Positions 10,435 to 21,281 of a stretch of DNA of 64,000 nucleotides are shown here, one piece after another; the first letter of the stretch is position 1, and each line of letters opens with the position of its first letter. The notes under the pieces are model-generated. The model made no database searches, was not told where the DNA came from, and saw only the letters and a program-made list of their open reading frames with translations. The stretch lies in NCBI GenBank assembly GCA_040387195.1, contig JAZKEF010000012.1:124455-188454 (forward strand), written 5' to 3'. Made by a program: the position numbers and the translations under genes. This DNA comes from Bacteroidota bacterium (GTDB lineage Bacteria > Bacteroidota > Bacteroidia > UKL13-3).

Positions 10435-12540
10435 TTAAGCTTTAGCTGCTTTACCGTTTACTTTTGCTAATATTTCTTCTTGTACGTTACGTGGAGCTTC
10501 AGCGTAGTGATCAAACTCCATGGTACTGCTTGCGCGACCTGACGATAATGTACGTAATTGAGTAACGTATCCGAACATTTCAGAAAGTGGAACTCTTGCC
10601 TTGATTACTTGTGAACCGGCACGTGTATCCATTCCATCTAATTGTCCTCTGCGTTTGTTCAAGTCACCAATCACATCTCCCATATTTTCTTCCGGAGTCA
10701 AAATCTCAATCTTCATGATTGGCTCCAACAATACTGGCGATGCTTTACGTGATGCTTCTTTAAAGGCAATGCTTGCTGCAATTTCGAATGACACTGAATC
10801 CGAATCCACTGCGTGGAATGAGCCGTCAAACAAACGAACTTTTAAGCTCTCAACAGGATATCCTGCTAATACACCGGTTCCCATTGCTTTATCAAAACCT
10901 TTTTGGATAGAAGGAATAAATTCTTTTGGAATTGAACCTCCAACAACTTCATTAACAAACTCCAATCCGTGTTTTGCAGGATCGCCGGGAATCAATTCAA
11001 ATTGAATATCAGCGAACTTACCACGACCACCCGATTGTTTTTTGTATACCTCACGGTGTGTTACCGATTTGGTGATTGTTTCTTTATATGCTACTTGCGG
11101 AGCACCTTGGTTACACTCTACTTTAAACTCGCGTCTCAAACGATCCACGATAATTTCCAAGTGCAACTCTCCCATTCCTGAGATAACAGTTTGACCTGTT
11201 TCCTCGTCTGTTTTTACTTTAAAAGTAGGATCCTCTTCAGCTAATTTAGCTAATGACATACCCAATTTATCCGAGTCAGCCTGAGTTTTAGGCTCAATTG
11301 CCAATCCGATTACCGGCTCAGGGAAATCCATTGCTTCTAACACAATCGGGAATTTCTCAGCACATAAAGTGTCACCGGTTTTGATATCTTTAAATCCTAC
11401 AGCTGCTCCGATATCTCCTGCTTCTAATGCTTCGATAGGATTTTGTTTGTTGGCATGCATCTGGAAGATACGTGAGATACGCTCTTTGTTTCCGCTACGT
11501 GTGTTTAATACGTATGAACCTGCATCCAATTTACCTGAGTACGCACGCATAAATGCTAAACGTCCAACAAACGGGTCAGTAGCAATCTTAAATGCAAGAG
11601 CTGTGAAAGGCTCATTTACATCCGGCTTGCGGGTTACTTCTTCGTTTGTATCAGGGTTGATACCTGTTATTTCTTTTTTATCCATTGGAGAAGGCAACAA
11701 TTCCATTACCAAATCCAACATGGTTTGAACACCTTTATTCTTGAATGACGAACCGCACAACATGGGAACGATTTTCATGTCAATAACTGCTTTACGCAAA
11801 GCGTCCAAAATTTCTCTTTCTGAGATTGATGTAGGATCTTCGAAGAATTTCTCCATCAATTTATCATCATACTCAGATACCGCTTCCAACAATTTCTCTC
11901 TCCATTCAGTTGCTTCTTCTACCATGTCGGCAGGAATTTCAACATCCTGGTAAGTCATACCTTTATCATGCTCATTCCAGATCATTCCGCGGAAGTTGAT
12001 TAAATCAACTACCCCTTTAAATCCATCTTCAGCACCGATAGGTAATTGCAATGGAACTGCGTTGCTACCCAACATCTCTTTTACTTGTTTTACAACGTTC
12101 AAGAAATCGGCACCTGAGCGGTCCATTTTATTTACGAAGCCTAAACGAGCTACGTTATAGTTATTTGCAAGTCTCCAGTTAGTTTCCGATTGTGGCTCAA
12201 CACCATCAACTGCAGAAAACAAGAACACTAATCCATCCAATACACGTAAAGAACGGTTTACCTCTACAGTAAAGTCAACGTGACCCGGTGTATCGATAAT
12301 ATTAATATGATAATTTTTATTACGGTATTTCCAAGGCACAGTAGTTGCTGCCGAAGTAATTGTGATACCACGTTCAGCTTCCTGAACCATCCAGTCCATT
12401 GTAGAAGCTCCATCGTGAACCTCACCTATCTTGTGGTTTACACCGGAATAGTAAAGGATACGCTCAGTCGTAGTAGTCTTACCCGCATCAATATGCGCAG
12501 CAATACCAATATTTCTTGTTAATGTTAAGTCGCGTGACAT
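10435..12540 (-). CDS. fusA: Elongation factor G
   Basis: 701 aa; GTPase motifs AHIDAGKTT and DTPGHVDF. Confidence 0.95.
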   Translation of the reverse strand: MSRDLTLTRNIGIAAHIDAGKTTTTERILYYSGVNHKIGEVHDGASTMDWMVQEAERGITITSAATTVPWKYRNKNYHINIIDTPGHVDFTVEVNRSLRVLDGLVFLFSAVDGVEPQSETNWRLANNYNVARLGFVNKMDRSGADFLNVVKQVKEMLGSNAVPLQLPIGAEDGFKGVVDLINFRGMIWNEHDKGMTYQDVEIPADMVEEATEWREKLLEAVSEYDDKLMEKFFEDPTSISEREILDALRKAVIDMKIVPMLCGSSFKNKGVQTMLDLVMELLPSPMDKKEITGINPDTNEEVTRKPDVNEPFTALAFKIATDPFVGRLAFMRAYSGKLDAGSYVLNTRSGNKERISRIFQMHANKQNPIEALEAGDIGAAVGFKDIKTGDTLCAEKFPIVLEAMDFPEPVIGLAIEPKTQADSDKLGMSLAKLAEEDPTFKVKTDEETGQTVISGMGELHLEIIVDRLRREFKVECNQGAPQVAYKETITKSVTHREVYKKQSGGRGKFADIQFELIPGDPAKHGLEFVNEVVGGSIPKEFIPSIQKGFDKAMGTGVLAGYPVESLKVRLFDGSFHAVDSDSVSFEIAASIAFKEASRKASPVLLEPIMKIEILTPEENMGDVIGDLNKRRGQLDGMDTRAGSQVIKARVPLSEMFGYVTQLRTLSSGRASSTMEFDHYAEAPRNVQEEILAKVNGKAAKA

Positions 12541-12569
12541 TCGTTTATATACTCTCTAATGGGTTATAA

Positions 12570-13040
12570 TTAACTTACTTTGAAATGTGAGAATGCTTTG
12601 TTAGCCTCAGCCATTCTATGTGTGTCTTCACGTTTCTTTACTGAAGCACCTTCACCTTTTGAAGCTGCGATAATCTCAGCAGACAATTTATCTGCCATTG
12701 ATTTTTCAGAACGTTTACGCGAATATTCAATCATCCATTTCATCCCTACTGCAATTTTACGGTCAGCAGGTACTTCCATTGGAATCTGGAATGTTGCACC
12801 ACCTACACGTCTTGCTTTAACTTCAACTGAAGGCATTACGTTATTCAATGCTTTTTTCCAAACATCAATACCCGGCTCCTGAATTTTGGCTTCTACTTTG
12901 CCTAATGCATCATAGAAAATTGCAAAAGCTGTACTTTTCTTTCCGCTCCACATCATGTTGTTTACGAAACGTGTTACCATCGTGTCGTTAAACTTAGGAT
13001 CTGGTGTTAAAATGCGTTTTTTAGGTTTCGACTTTCTCAT
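12570..13040 (-). CDS. rpsG: 30S ribosomal protein S7
   Basis: MRKSKPKKRILTPDPKFND. Confidence 0.9.
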   Translation of the reverse strand: MRKSKPKKRILTPDPKFNDTMVTRFVNNMMWSGKKSTAFAIFYDALGKVEAKIQEPGIDVWKKALNNVMPSVEVKARRVGGATFQIPMEVPADRKIAVGMKWMIEYSRKRSEKSMADKLSAEIIAASKGEGASVKKREDTHRMAEANKAFSHFKVS

Positions 13041-13064
13041 GTTATCTAAACTTTCCTAATTTGA

Positions 13065-13475
13065 TTATTTTTTACCTTTTGCTTTTGGATCCGGAGCTGC
13101 ACCTGGTTTAGGTTTTTTAGTTCCGTATTTAGAACGTCTTTGGTTACGTCCGGCAACACCCGCTGTATCCAATGCTCCACGTACGATGTGGTAACGAACA
13201 CCCGGTAAATCTTTTACCCTTCCTCCACGTACAAGTACGATAGAGTGTTCTTGAAGGTTATGTCCTTCACCCGGAATATAAGCGTTAATCTCGTTACCGT
13301 TGGTTAAGCGCACACGCGCTACTTTACGCATAGCCGAGTTTGGTTTCTTTGGTGTAGTAGTGTATACACGTGTACACACGCCTCTGCGCTGTGGGCAAGA
13401 ATCTAATGCAGGAGATTTACTCTTGTAGTTGATGTCTGTGCGGCCTTTTCTTACAAGCTGTTGTATGGTTGGCAT
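13065..13475 (-). CDS. rpsL: 30S ribosomal protein S12 with a short Lys/Pro-rich C-terminal extension
   Basis: [12 protein letters not shown]...PKKPNSALRK. Confidence 0.95.
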   Translation of the reverse strand: MPTIQQLVRKGRTDINYKSKSPALDSCPQRRGVCTRVYTTTPKKPNSAMRKVARVRLTNGNEINAYIPGEGHNLQEHSIVLVRGGRVKDLPGVRYHIVRGALDTAGVAGRNQRRSKYGTKKPKPGAAPDPKAKGKK

Positions 13476-13507
13476 ATTAAAACTTTTGTTCGTTTACTCT
13501 ATTTTTA

Positions 13508-13550
13508 AAGGACGGCAAAAGTACGAGGAATAAATTAGCTTAGCAAGTGC
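13508..13550 (-). promoter_or_regulatory. Candidate Bacteroidota-type promoter for the rpsL operon
   Basis: The minus strand reads TACTTTTG (plus-strand 13516-13523), a perfect match to the Bacteroidetes -7 consensus TAnnTTTG, about 40 nt upstream of the rpsL ATG. Confidence 0.3.
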
Positions 13551-13868
13551 CTGACAAAAAATATTTTAAATATCTTAAAATATTCAGTGCTGAGCGGGTT
13601 ACAGAAGAGAATTTAACCATCAGTCTTTCTACCGAGAAGTGTCCGGCTTTTTTCAAAACCGGGCTGCAAATATAAGGGCACTTTTGTATTTACCAATATT
13701 ATTTTCAGGTTTTTATAAAAATATTTCCTGACTTTGATTAGTTCCAGAGCGGGTTCGTATGCCTGAATCAGCTTGAAGTGGCTTTTCTGCTTTATCTGTG
13801 TACTATGACTGTAATATGTTATTTGTCTGCAGGATACAATTAGCTGCACAGCTTATTGGGTGCTTATA

Positions 13869-15044
13869 TTAATGGGTATTACCTGGTAGCTGAAGCGTTT
13901 TTTGCTTCACTATTTCTCTCACAACCTCTTCGATCAATATATTATATACGGGCCATGTATCCCGTTCCATCACAAAAACTGCAATCGTCAGGTCCACTTC
14001 GGGGATATACTTTACTTGGGTACCCCAAAAACCACCATGCCCGAAAGCTTTATATCCGGCTACGTTTGTATGCATTAAACCAAAACTGTATGATGGCGCT
14101 AATCCATCGGTCGTAGCAATGGTTGTATAGAGGAGTTCCTGCGTTGACTGTTTCTCAAATATGTTTCCTGAGAACAAATATTGTGAAAAGCGGGCTAAAT
14201 CAGTTACAGTAGACGCCAGTCCTCCCCCTCCAAAGGCATCAAAAGAATAATCGAGCCGATAGCTGTTTACATTGTATGCTGTGGCTGTTTGCTCAACAAG
14301 TGGGAGTACTCCTTTAGGGTAATCCTCTTGCAACAGGAACCAGGTACTGTTAAGTTTGAGTTTTTCAAATTTCAGTAACGTTCGAACTGCCAAATGAAAC
14401 GGAAGTTGTGTTTTTTGCTCTATAATTTCGGTTAACAGTAAATAATTCGTTTCTGAATACGCGAATTGCTCTCCTGCTTTAACAGTAAATAATCCCGAAT
14501 CAATGGCCAGTTGGATTTGCTCATCCCTTGTCCAGCGATGTCCCGGATCTGATTGGGTAAGGTTTTGATACTGTTGCGTGTTCACAAAGTCAAATATTCC
14601 GCTGGTATTGGTAAGCAAATGAGCTACCGTTATCTGTTCGGTATTATATCCTCCCCTAATCAACAAACGATTCGATTTATCTGAAATTATCTTAGCAATA
14701 GGTTCAGTCGTTTTAAGTTTACCTTGTTCAATTAAACGTAGCATGGCTGCAGCAACATATGTTTTGGTATTCGAAGCAATATTTGCAGGCATTTCCGGAG
14801 TTAATTTCCTTCCTTTACTATCGGCAAAACCTACAGCTCCTTTCCATGAAAGATCATATTTCGGAACCTCAATATGAACTGCAATTCCCTTGGTTTCAGG
14901 ATGAGCTTTAAAAACAGAATCAACAATTTCCTGTATTCGTGTCAGTTGCTTTGAATTGTTATGATGCATATCTTTTGAATGTTGGGCCATTACGCAGGAA
15001 ACATTTGTCACACATATTATCAGGATGATTGCAATTAATCTCAT
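13869..15044 (-). CDS. Secreted serine hydrolase of the beta-lactamase / penicillin-binding-protein family
   Basis: Signal peptide; S-x-x-K motif (SNTK) and a Y-x-N-like motif (YSETNY). Confidence 0.7.
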   Translation of the reverse strand: MRLIAIILIICVTNVSCVMAQHSKDMHHNNSKQLTRIQEIVDSVFKAHPETKGIAVHIEVPKYDLSWKGAVGFADSKGRKLTPEMPANIASNTKTYVAAAMLRLIEQGKLKTTEPIAKIISDKSNRLLIRGGYNTEQITVAHLLTNTSGIFDFVNTQQYQNLTQSDPGHRWTRDEQIQLAIDSGLFTVKAGEQFAYSETNYLLLTEIIEQKTQLPFHLAVRTLLKFEKLKLNSTWFLLQEDYPKGVLPLVEQTATAYNVNSYRLDYSFDAFGGGGLASTVTDLARFSQYLFSGNIFEKQSTQELLYTTIATTDGLAPSYSFGLMHTNVAGYKAFGHGGFWGTQVKYIPEVDLTIAVFVMERDTWPVYNILIEEVVREIVKQKTLQLPGNTH

Positions 15045-15192
15045 TTTGTAACGGCTGCCTTTTGGTGCAACTTATTAAAAAGTATGCATAGATTTAGTAC
15101 CAATATTAAAATATGCATTCGGAAGACAAACAACTTTATCCAGTTTCATCATTATTCTGATAAAAGGGTGAACTACTCCTATATTTGCCGTT

Positions 15193-15774
15193 ATGTTAGG
15201 ACTTAAACTTGCCACCGACCCCCGCTGGGCCAATGCTGCCGAAAAATCGATTGACGAAATTCTGATTGACCATGCTTATTGTGAGCAGAAAGCTGCCACT
15301 ACAGGTATCTCCCTTATTGTTCAATATCCTGAATTTGAAGAAATGGTGAAAGTATGCACAGCCATTGTTGCAGAAGAGTGGGGACATTTCCGCAGGGTGC
15401 TCAAGGAATTGGAAAAAAGGGGATTTAAGTTTGGGAGGCAACGAAAAGATGAGTATGTAAATGAGCTTATGAAGCTTATCACACGTGGTGGCGATCGAAA
15501 TGAACAGGTCTCGGAGCGGCTATTATTGTTGGCAATGATTGAAGCCAGAAGCTGCGAACGTTTCAGGGTACTTTCTTTAAACATTCAGGATCTGGACTTA
15601 AAGCAATTTTACCATGAATTTATGGTGAGCGAGGCCGGTCACTATAAAACATTCATTGATTTGGCCAAGGAATACAAAGGAGAAGCCTATGTTAAAAAAC
15701 GCTGGCAGGAAATTTTGGATGGAGAAGCTGAAATCATGAAAAGGTTAACCCCTCAGGGATCGCGTATCCACTAA
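15193..15774 (+). CDS. miaE: tRNA-(ms2io6A)-hydroxylase MiaE-like di-iron protein
   Basis: 193 aa with two E-x-x-H motifs (EEWGHF, SEAGHY), as in the MiaE family; no search was run. Confidence 0.55.
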   Translation: MLGLKLATDPRWANAAEKSIDEILIDHAYCEQKAATTGISLIVQYPEFEEMVKVCTAIVAEEWGHFRRVLKELEKRGFKFGRQRKDEYVNELMKLITRGGDRNEQVSERLLLLAMIEARSCERFRVLSLNIQDLDLKQFYHEFMVSEAGHYKTFIDLAKEYKGEAYVKKRWQEILDGEAEIMKRLTPQGSRIH

Positions 15775-16985
15775 TTGATATAGCGAAACAACCGGGTGTT
15801 AAACTTACTTACCAAACGATCAAATGGAACTGTGGTATAGGATGGTTTGCGGGTTTTATTCTCTGCCGCTTTAACCACTACGTAATCAAACACTGGATTG
15901 GCAAGTTGATTAGGAGCATTAAATGGTTTTTCCATTTGAATCATCTGCTTATCGTATACAAACAAACCAAAGTGTTTACGTTTGGTATACTCGGAAACAT
16001 CTTCGCAAAAACTGGCAATAAAGAAATTATCAGTGTTTACCTCAATTGTGGTATCCACCTGCAGGTTATAGTTTACAAAAATCCCCTTGATATTTCCCGA
16101 CAGAACTTTATAGATACTTGTATCCATAAAATAGTATACCGGGCAAAAACTGAAATTCTTATTAAACTCACGAATCACTTTATTGTTGCGGATGCGCAAA
16201 TCAGCTTCGAGCATTTCTATTTCATCCGTTTTACGTTCCGCTCTGAGGCGATTAATTTCTTTTTCGTTGGTGGTTGGTAACATTACCAATAATACTCCTT
16301 TATGCAGGTGTTGCACCAACTCTTCGGTCGATTGGTTCTTACCATCCAGACTTTTGCGAAGCGCAACTGCGTTCAAACGCAAATTCACTTCAACAGTTGA
16401 AGATCGCCCCTCAACCTTAGCGGGCGAATTATTGCTTGTTAGTCCTTGATTATAGATTACTTCAAGGTTAATCACAGGTGACAATGAAATAGCCATTCCT
16501 AACATGAGTCCGGCATCCAGCTGTCCTTTTTTATTCCGATTGATGGCTAAATCCTTTGTGTTATATGAGCCGGTTTCAAACACTTCGGAACTATAAGCAA
16601 TGAGGTAAGAGGGTTTGATACCGCCTATAAATGCAAAATCGGTATTAATGGATGATGGATAATAATACAGGAAGGCATTGGCATCAATATAATTATTAAT
16701 ATACCGGGTATCTGTTTCGCGTTCTCTAAATGACACTGTGGAGAACGCAGGTTCAACAAACCAACTCACCCTGTTACTGATAGGCTTGGTAAAAAACATT
16801 CCGAGGTTCACTCCGGCCAATCCACTCCAATCGGAATATTGGGTTCCATTCATCGAGTAGTTAATTCCCAGCTTTAATCCATAACCCAAAGGGTCAGATT
16901 CCTCCTTTTTGATTTGCGCAAAAACAGAGGTTATACTTAATCCAATAAAGAGAATACACAGGTATATATTTTTAACGGGCATCAT
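15771..16985 (-). CDS. Hypothetical outer-membrane protein: N-terminal beta-barrel domain plus an unknown C-terminal domain
   Basis: Signal peptide; alternating hydrophobic and aromatic beta-strand pattern in the first ~200 aa. Confidence 0.4.
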   Translation of the reverse strand: MMPVKNIYLCILFIGLSITSVFAQIKKEESDPLGYGLKLGINYSMNGTQYSDWSGLAGVNLGMFFTKPISNRVSWFVEPAFSTVSFRERETDTRYINNYIDANAFLYYYPSSINTDFAFIGGIKPSYLIAYSSEVFETGSYNTKDLAINRNKKGQLDAGLMLGMAISLSPVINLEVIYNQGLTSNNSPAKVEGRSSTVEVNLRLNAVALRKSLDGKNQSTEELVQHLHKGVLLVMLPTTNEKEINRLRAERKTDEIEMLEADLRIRNNKVIREFNKNFSFCPVYYFMDTSIYKVLSGNIKGIFVNYNLQVDTTIEVNTDNFFIASFCEDVSEYTKRKHFGLFVYDKQMIQMEKPFNAPNQLANPVFDYVVVKAAENKTRKPSYTTVPFDRLVSKFNTRLFRYIN

Positions 16986-17015
16986 GTAAAGCCAAATTTA
17001 GATGTTCAAGTATAG

Positions 17016-17957
17016 TTAATCGTTGTTAAATATGAAGTCAATATTTCTCTTTAAACCGTTGTATTTGGTTCGTTTGACCGGTGATTTTTTAAACACCCGC
17101 TGAAATACGTCTTCTGTAATCTCAAGCCAGTCTTGCTTTTTCATATCCAATATTGCCTCTCCGGGTTCAAATCGTTTTTCGGTATTGGGTTTTGAAAAAC
17201 GGTTCCAAGGGCATACATCCTGGCAAACATCACAACCAAACATCCAGTTATCAAAGGTTCCTTTCATGGCCGGAGGAATTGCATCTTTTAATTCGATGGT
17301 AAAGTATGAAATGCATTTGCTTCCATCCACTTTATACGGTTCAACAATTGCCCCAGTGGGACAAGCATCAATACATGCAGTACAGGTTCCACAATGATCG
17401 GTTGCCGGTTTATCATAATCCAATTCCAGATCAATGATCAGTTCACTCAGAAAAAAAAACGACCCTTTTCCCTTGTTAATGATATTGGTATTTTTTCCAA
17501 CCCAACCAAGACCGCTATTGAGGGCCCAGGCTCTTTCAAGCACAGGTGCGGAGTCTACAAATGCCCGTCCGTCCACTTCTCCTATTGTCTCCCTAATGTA
17601 TTGCAGCAATTCATGCAACTTATCTTTTACCACCACATGGTAATCTTCTCCGTATGCATACTTCGATATCCTGGGGGCGTTTTCATCTACCTGTTTTATA
17701 TCACTGTAATAGTTATATAAAAACGATACCACCGATTTTGCTCCAGCCACCAGCAACCTTGGATCCAACCGTTTGTCGAAATAGTTTTCCATGTACTGCA
17801 TCTTTCCTTGCATTCCATCGGCCAACCATCTTTCCAACCGGGGAGCTTCCTGCTCCAGAAATGTTGCTTTGGACACACCACAAAAAGAGAAACCTAATTC
17901 GGCTGCTTTTTGTTTGATGAGAAAAGTATGTTGTTTGGTTGACTTCAATAAGCACAA
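17016..17957 (-). CDS. queG: Epoxyqueuosine reductase
   Basis: Two 4Fe-4S motifs ([23 protein letters not shown]) and a QueG-like N-terminus. Confidence 0.8.
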   Translation of the reverse strand: MCLLKSTKQHTFLIKQKAAELGFSFCGVSKATFLEQEAPRLERWLADGMQGKMQYMENYFDKRLDPRLLVAGAKSVVSFLYNYYSDIKQVDENAPRISKYAYGEDYHVVVKDKLHELLQYIRETIGEVDGRAFVDSAPVLERAWALNSGLGWVGKNTNIINKGKGSFFFLSELIIDLELDYDKPATDHCGTCTACIDACPTGAIVEPYKVDGSKCISYFTIELKDAIPPAMKGTFDNWMFGCDVCQDVCPWNRFSKPNTEKRFEPGEAILDMKKQDWLEITEDVFQRVFKKSPVKRTKYNGLKRNIDFIFNND

Positions 17958-18419
17958 AGATACTTTTAAAAATTACCTTTTAGTCTGCCCGACATCATTT
18001 TCAGCTCTCGCCCACCCAAAATTACAACCTGATTTCTCTGCTGCCATCAATTTAAACCCACGCACAATAAGGCAACATAAAAATGTACTTGGAATTCTTA
18101 TATTTTATTTCCAACATTTGCGCCTCAAAATTTTTTATGTCGTAACAAAGCAAACGCACAACAACAGCACATTACAGAAATGAAAAAAAACAAGTCATTC
18201 CAATCGATTAACACTTCCCGCATTTTTGCTGTTGTGTTATCCTTGTTTTCTACTCCCCAGGAGCTAGTTTTTATACACCTGCGAACACCGTTCGTGACCA
18301 GACGCTAGTCGTACGTCATTCTCTTTCTGCTTACGCAGCGGAAAACAATAGCATTTAATTTTCTTATTTATTTAACCTCAGCTTAGCGGTAAGGCTAAGT
18401 TGGTTTAAGCATTTTGCAT

Positions 18420-19112
18420 ATGCACCAAACATTTATAGTGGTGGTGGCTAGTGATAGCCATGCACCCTATGCACAGCAAATATGCGATGAGATGGCTTCT
18501 TCTGCTAAGGCCCGCGGTACGGGTATAGCCAAAAGAAGTCCGGAATACATCGTACAAAAAATGAACGAGGGTAAGGCTGTAATCGCTTTAACCCATGCTG
18601 GCGAATGGGCCGGCTTTTGTTACATCGAAACCTGGGGACATGGCAGTTATGTAGCCAATTCAGGACTCATTGTATCTCCGCTTTTGCGGAAAAGCGGGTT
18701 GGCCAAACGTATCAAGCATAAAATATTTGAACTCTCAAGGAGCAAATATCCCGATGCCAAAATTTTTGGATTAACAACCGGACTGGCTGTGATGAAAATT
18801 AACAGCGAACTGGGTTATGAACCGGTAACCTACAGTGAACTGACCAGTGACGATGCTTTTTGGGCCGGCTGCAAAAGTTGTGTGAATTACGAAATCCTGA
18901 TGAGCAAAGACCGTAAAAACTGTTTGTGCACCGCTATGTTGTATGACCCCGCGGATCATTACAAGCCGGAAGAAACAACAGCCTTCTTCGAGGAGAACAA
19001 ATCAGGACTCGAGCGTTTAATTCGTTTTAAACAACACATATTTTCAAAAATTTTCGGACGTAAGGAAACGTCTAAACTCAAATCATTCATTCATTTTTTG
19101 CTCCCGTTTTAA
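18420..19112 (+). CDS. GNAT-family N-acyltransferase, first gene of the arginine operon (candidate N-acyl-glutamate synthase)
   Basis: Acetyltransferase-like fold, immediately upstream of argG. ATG at 18420; the ORF track's 18414 start is a TTG. Confidence 0.55.
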   Translation: MHQTFIVVVASDSHAPYAQQICDEMASSAKARGTGIAKRSPEYIVQKMNEGKAVIALTHAGEWAGFCYIETWGHGSYVANSGLIVSPLLRKSGLAKRIKHKIFELSRSKYPDAKIFGLTTGLAVMKINSELGYEPVTYSELTSDDAFWAGCKSCVNYEILMSKDRKNCLCTAMLYDPADHYKPEETTAFFEENKSGLERLIRFKQHIFSKIFGRKETSKLKSFIHFLLPF

Positions 19113-19116
19113 TACC

Positions 19117-20319
19117 ATGAAAAAAGTAATTTTAGGATTTAGCGGTGGATTAGATACCACCTATTGTGCCAAATATTTAAGCTTAGAAAAAGGTTATGAG
19201 GTACACAGTGTAATTGTAAATACCGGTGGATTCAGTACTGATGAATTGCAGCAAATAGCCACCCATGCTAACAATTTAGGGGTGAAGTCACACACTACTA
19301 TTGATGCTACACAATCATACTACGAACGTATTGTGAAGTATCTCATTTTTGGCAATGTTCTCAAGAACAATACCTACCCGTTAAGTGTAAGTGCCGAACG
19401 GTTGAGTCAGGCACTTCATATTGCCGGACATGCACAAAAACTGCAGGCTGATGCAATTGCTCACGGTAGTACAGGTGCAGGAAATGACCAGGTGCGATTT
19501 GATATGGTCTTTCAAATCCTTACACCCGGAATGGAGATCATTACCCCCATCCGCGACTTAAAATTGAGTCGGGAGGATGAAATCAATTACCTGAAGAAGA
19601 AGGGCGTTTCCATGAATTTTGAAAAGGCTTCGTATTCTGTCAACAAAGGACTTTGGGGTACAAGTGTTGGAGGTAAAGAAACCTTATCGTCAAACGGGAT
19701 GTTGCCTGAGGATGCATGGCCTACACCCGTTACGCAAACAAAAGCAGAACAGCTGCAACTCTCTTTTGTAACAGGAGAGTTGGTTGCAGTAAACGGACAA
19801 ACATTCGCGCATCCTGTTGAAGCTATTCAACATTTGCAAAATATTGCTGCACCATTCGGTATTGGCCGTGATGTGCATGTTGGTGATACCATTATCGGCA
19901 TCAAGGGGCGTGTTGGATTTGAAGCCGCAGCTCCCATGCTCATCATAAAGGCCCATCACCAACTTGAAAAACATGTACTCACCAAGTGGCAGCTGAACTG
20001 GAAAGATACGCTGGCCCAATTTTACGGAAACTGGCTTCACGAAGGGCAAATACTGGATCCTGTGATGCGTGATATTGAAGCATACTTCACGCATACCCAG
20101 GCACAGGTTACCGGAGATATATTCATCACATTGCATCCTTATCGCTTCGTCATTACCGGTATTGAATCGCCAAACGATTTAATGAGTAAACAGTTTGGTA
20201 CTTATGGTGAAATGAACAACGGCTGGACCGGTGATGACGTACGCGGTTTCAGTAAAATATTCGGAAACCAAACATCCATTTTTCATCACATAACAAACAA
20301 AACCGGATATGAAAATTAA
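19117..20319 (+). CDS. argG: Argininosuccinate synthase
   Basis: MKKVILGFSGGLDTTYCAKYL PP-loop. Confidence 0.9.
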   Translation: MKKVILGFSGGLDTTYCAKYLSLEKGYEVHSVIVNTGGFSTDELQQIATHANNLGVKSHTTIDATQSYYERIVKYLIFGNVLKNNTYPLSVSAERLSQALHIAGHAQKLQADAIAHGSTGAGNDQVRFDMVFQILTPGMEIITPIRDLKLSREDEINYLKKKGVSMNFEKASYSVNKGLWGTSVGGKETLSSNGMLPEDAWPTPVTQTKAEQLQLSFVTGELVAVNGQTFAHPVEAIQHLQNIAAPFGIGRDVHVGDTIIGIKGRVGFEAAAPMLIIKAHHQLEKHVLTKWQLNWKDTLAQFYGNWLHEGQILDPVMRDIEAYFTHTQAQVTGDIFITLHPYRFVITGIESPNDLMSKQFGTYGEMNNGWTGDDVRGFSKIFGNQTSIFHHITNKTGYEN

Positions 20320-21280
20320 AGCTGGAATTATTGGTGCAGCAGGCTATACCGGAGGTGAGCTCATTCGATTATTATTGAATCATCCTCATGCCGAAATCTC
20401 TTTTGCACATAGCAAGAGCAATGCAGGAAAACCGGTATCTCACATCCACAAAGATTTGTTGGGAGATACGGATATATCCTTCAGCAGCAAGTTTCATCAG
20501 CAAGTTGATGTATTGTTTTTATGTACAGGACATGGAGAAGCGAGAGCGTTCCTGAGCAAAAATGACTTTCCAGACAACATACGCATTATTGATCTGTCGC
20601 AGGATTTCCGGCTTAAATCGTCATCAACCATAGGCGATAAGTCCTTTGTGTATGGTTTACCGGAGCTGAATAAAACAAGCATTCAATCGGCTCAATGTAT
20701 TGCTAATCCGGGATGTTTTGCCACCATTCAGCTTGCGTTGTTGCCTTTGGCTCACAAAAAAATATTGAATGAGACATACATCACAGGTATAACCGGCTCA
20801 ACGGGAGCAGGGCAAAGTTTATCGCAGACTTCACATTTCAGTTGGCGCACCAATAATATTCAGGCTTATAAAAGTTTAACGCATCAGCATATTAGTGAAA
20901 TTGGAGAGTCGCTGCAACAAACTTCCGGCAAAGCTGCCACAGTAAATTTTATTCCGTGGCGGGGTGACTTTGCGCGCGGGATATACATTAGCGCTGTTAC
21001 GGAGTGCGCACTCCCTTTGGATGATGTGTATGAGCTGTATGAGGCCTTTTATCTTAGTTCGCCCTTTACGCATGTGAGTAAAGAAATGATTGACCTCAAA
21101 CAAGTTGTGAACACCAATAAATGTTTGATTCATTTGGAAAAAGAAGGTTCCAAATTAATTGTTCACGCGGCCATTGATAACCTATTAAAAGGTGCATCCG
21201 GACAAGCCGTTCAGAATATGAATATCTTGTTTGGACTAGATGAAAAATGTGGTTTAACCCTTAAAGCAAACTTATTTTAA
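20309..21280 (+). CDS. argC: N-acyl-gamma-glutamyl-phosphate reductase
   Basis: GAAGYTGGELIRLL NAD-binding N-terminus. Confidence 0.9.
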   Translation: MKIKAGIIGAAGYTGGELIRLLLNHPHAEISFAHSKSNAGKPVSHIHKDLLGDTDISFSSKFHQQVDVLFLCTGHGEARAFLSKNDFPDNIRIIDLSQDFRLKSSSTIGDKSFVYGLPELNKTSIQSAQCIANPGCFATIQLALLPLAHKKILNETYITGITGSTGAGQSLSQTSHFSWRTNNIQAYKSLTHQHISEIGESLQQTSGKAATVNFIPWRGDFARGIYISAVTECALPLDDVYELYEAFYLSSPFTHVSKEMIDLKQVVNTNKCLIHLEKEGSKLIVHAAIDNLLKGASGQAVQNMNILFGLDEKCGLTLKANLF

Positions 21281-21281
21281 C

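Noticed and set aside
13613-13849. 78-aa minus-strand ORF upstream of rpsL
   Set aside because: It sits in the AT-rich promoter region, has no recognisable features, and overlaps the expected str promoter.
17791-18183. 130-aa plus-strand ORF overlapping the queG 5' end
   Set aside because: Antisense to queG; no motif support.
18180-18308. Leader ORF as a classic arginine attenuator peptide
   Set aside because: It has only a terminal RR and no run of Arg codons, and no obvious terminator/antiterminator pair follows. It is kept as a low-interest note only.
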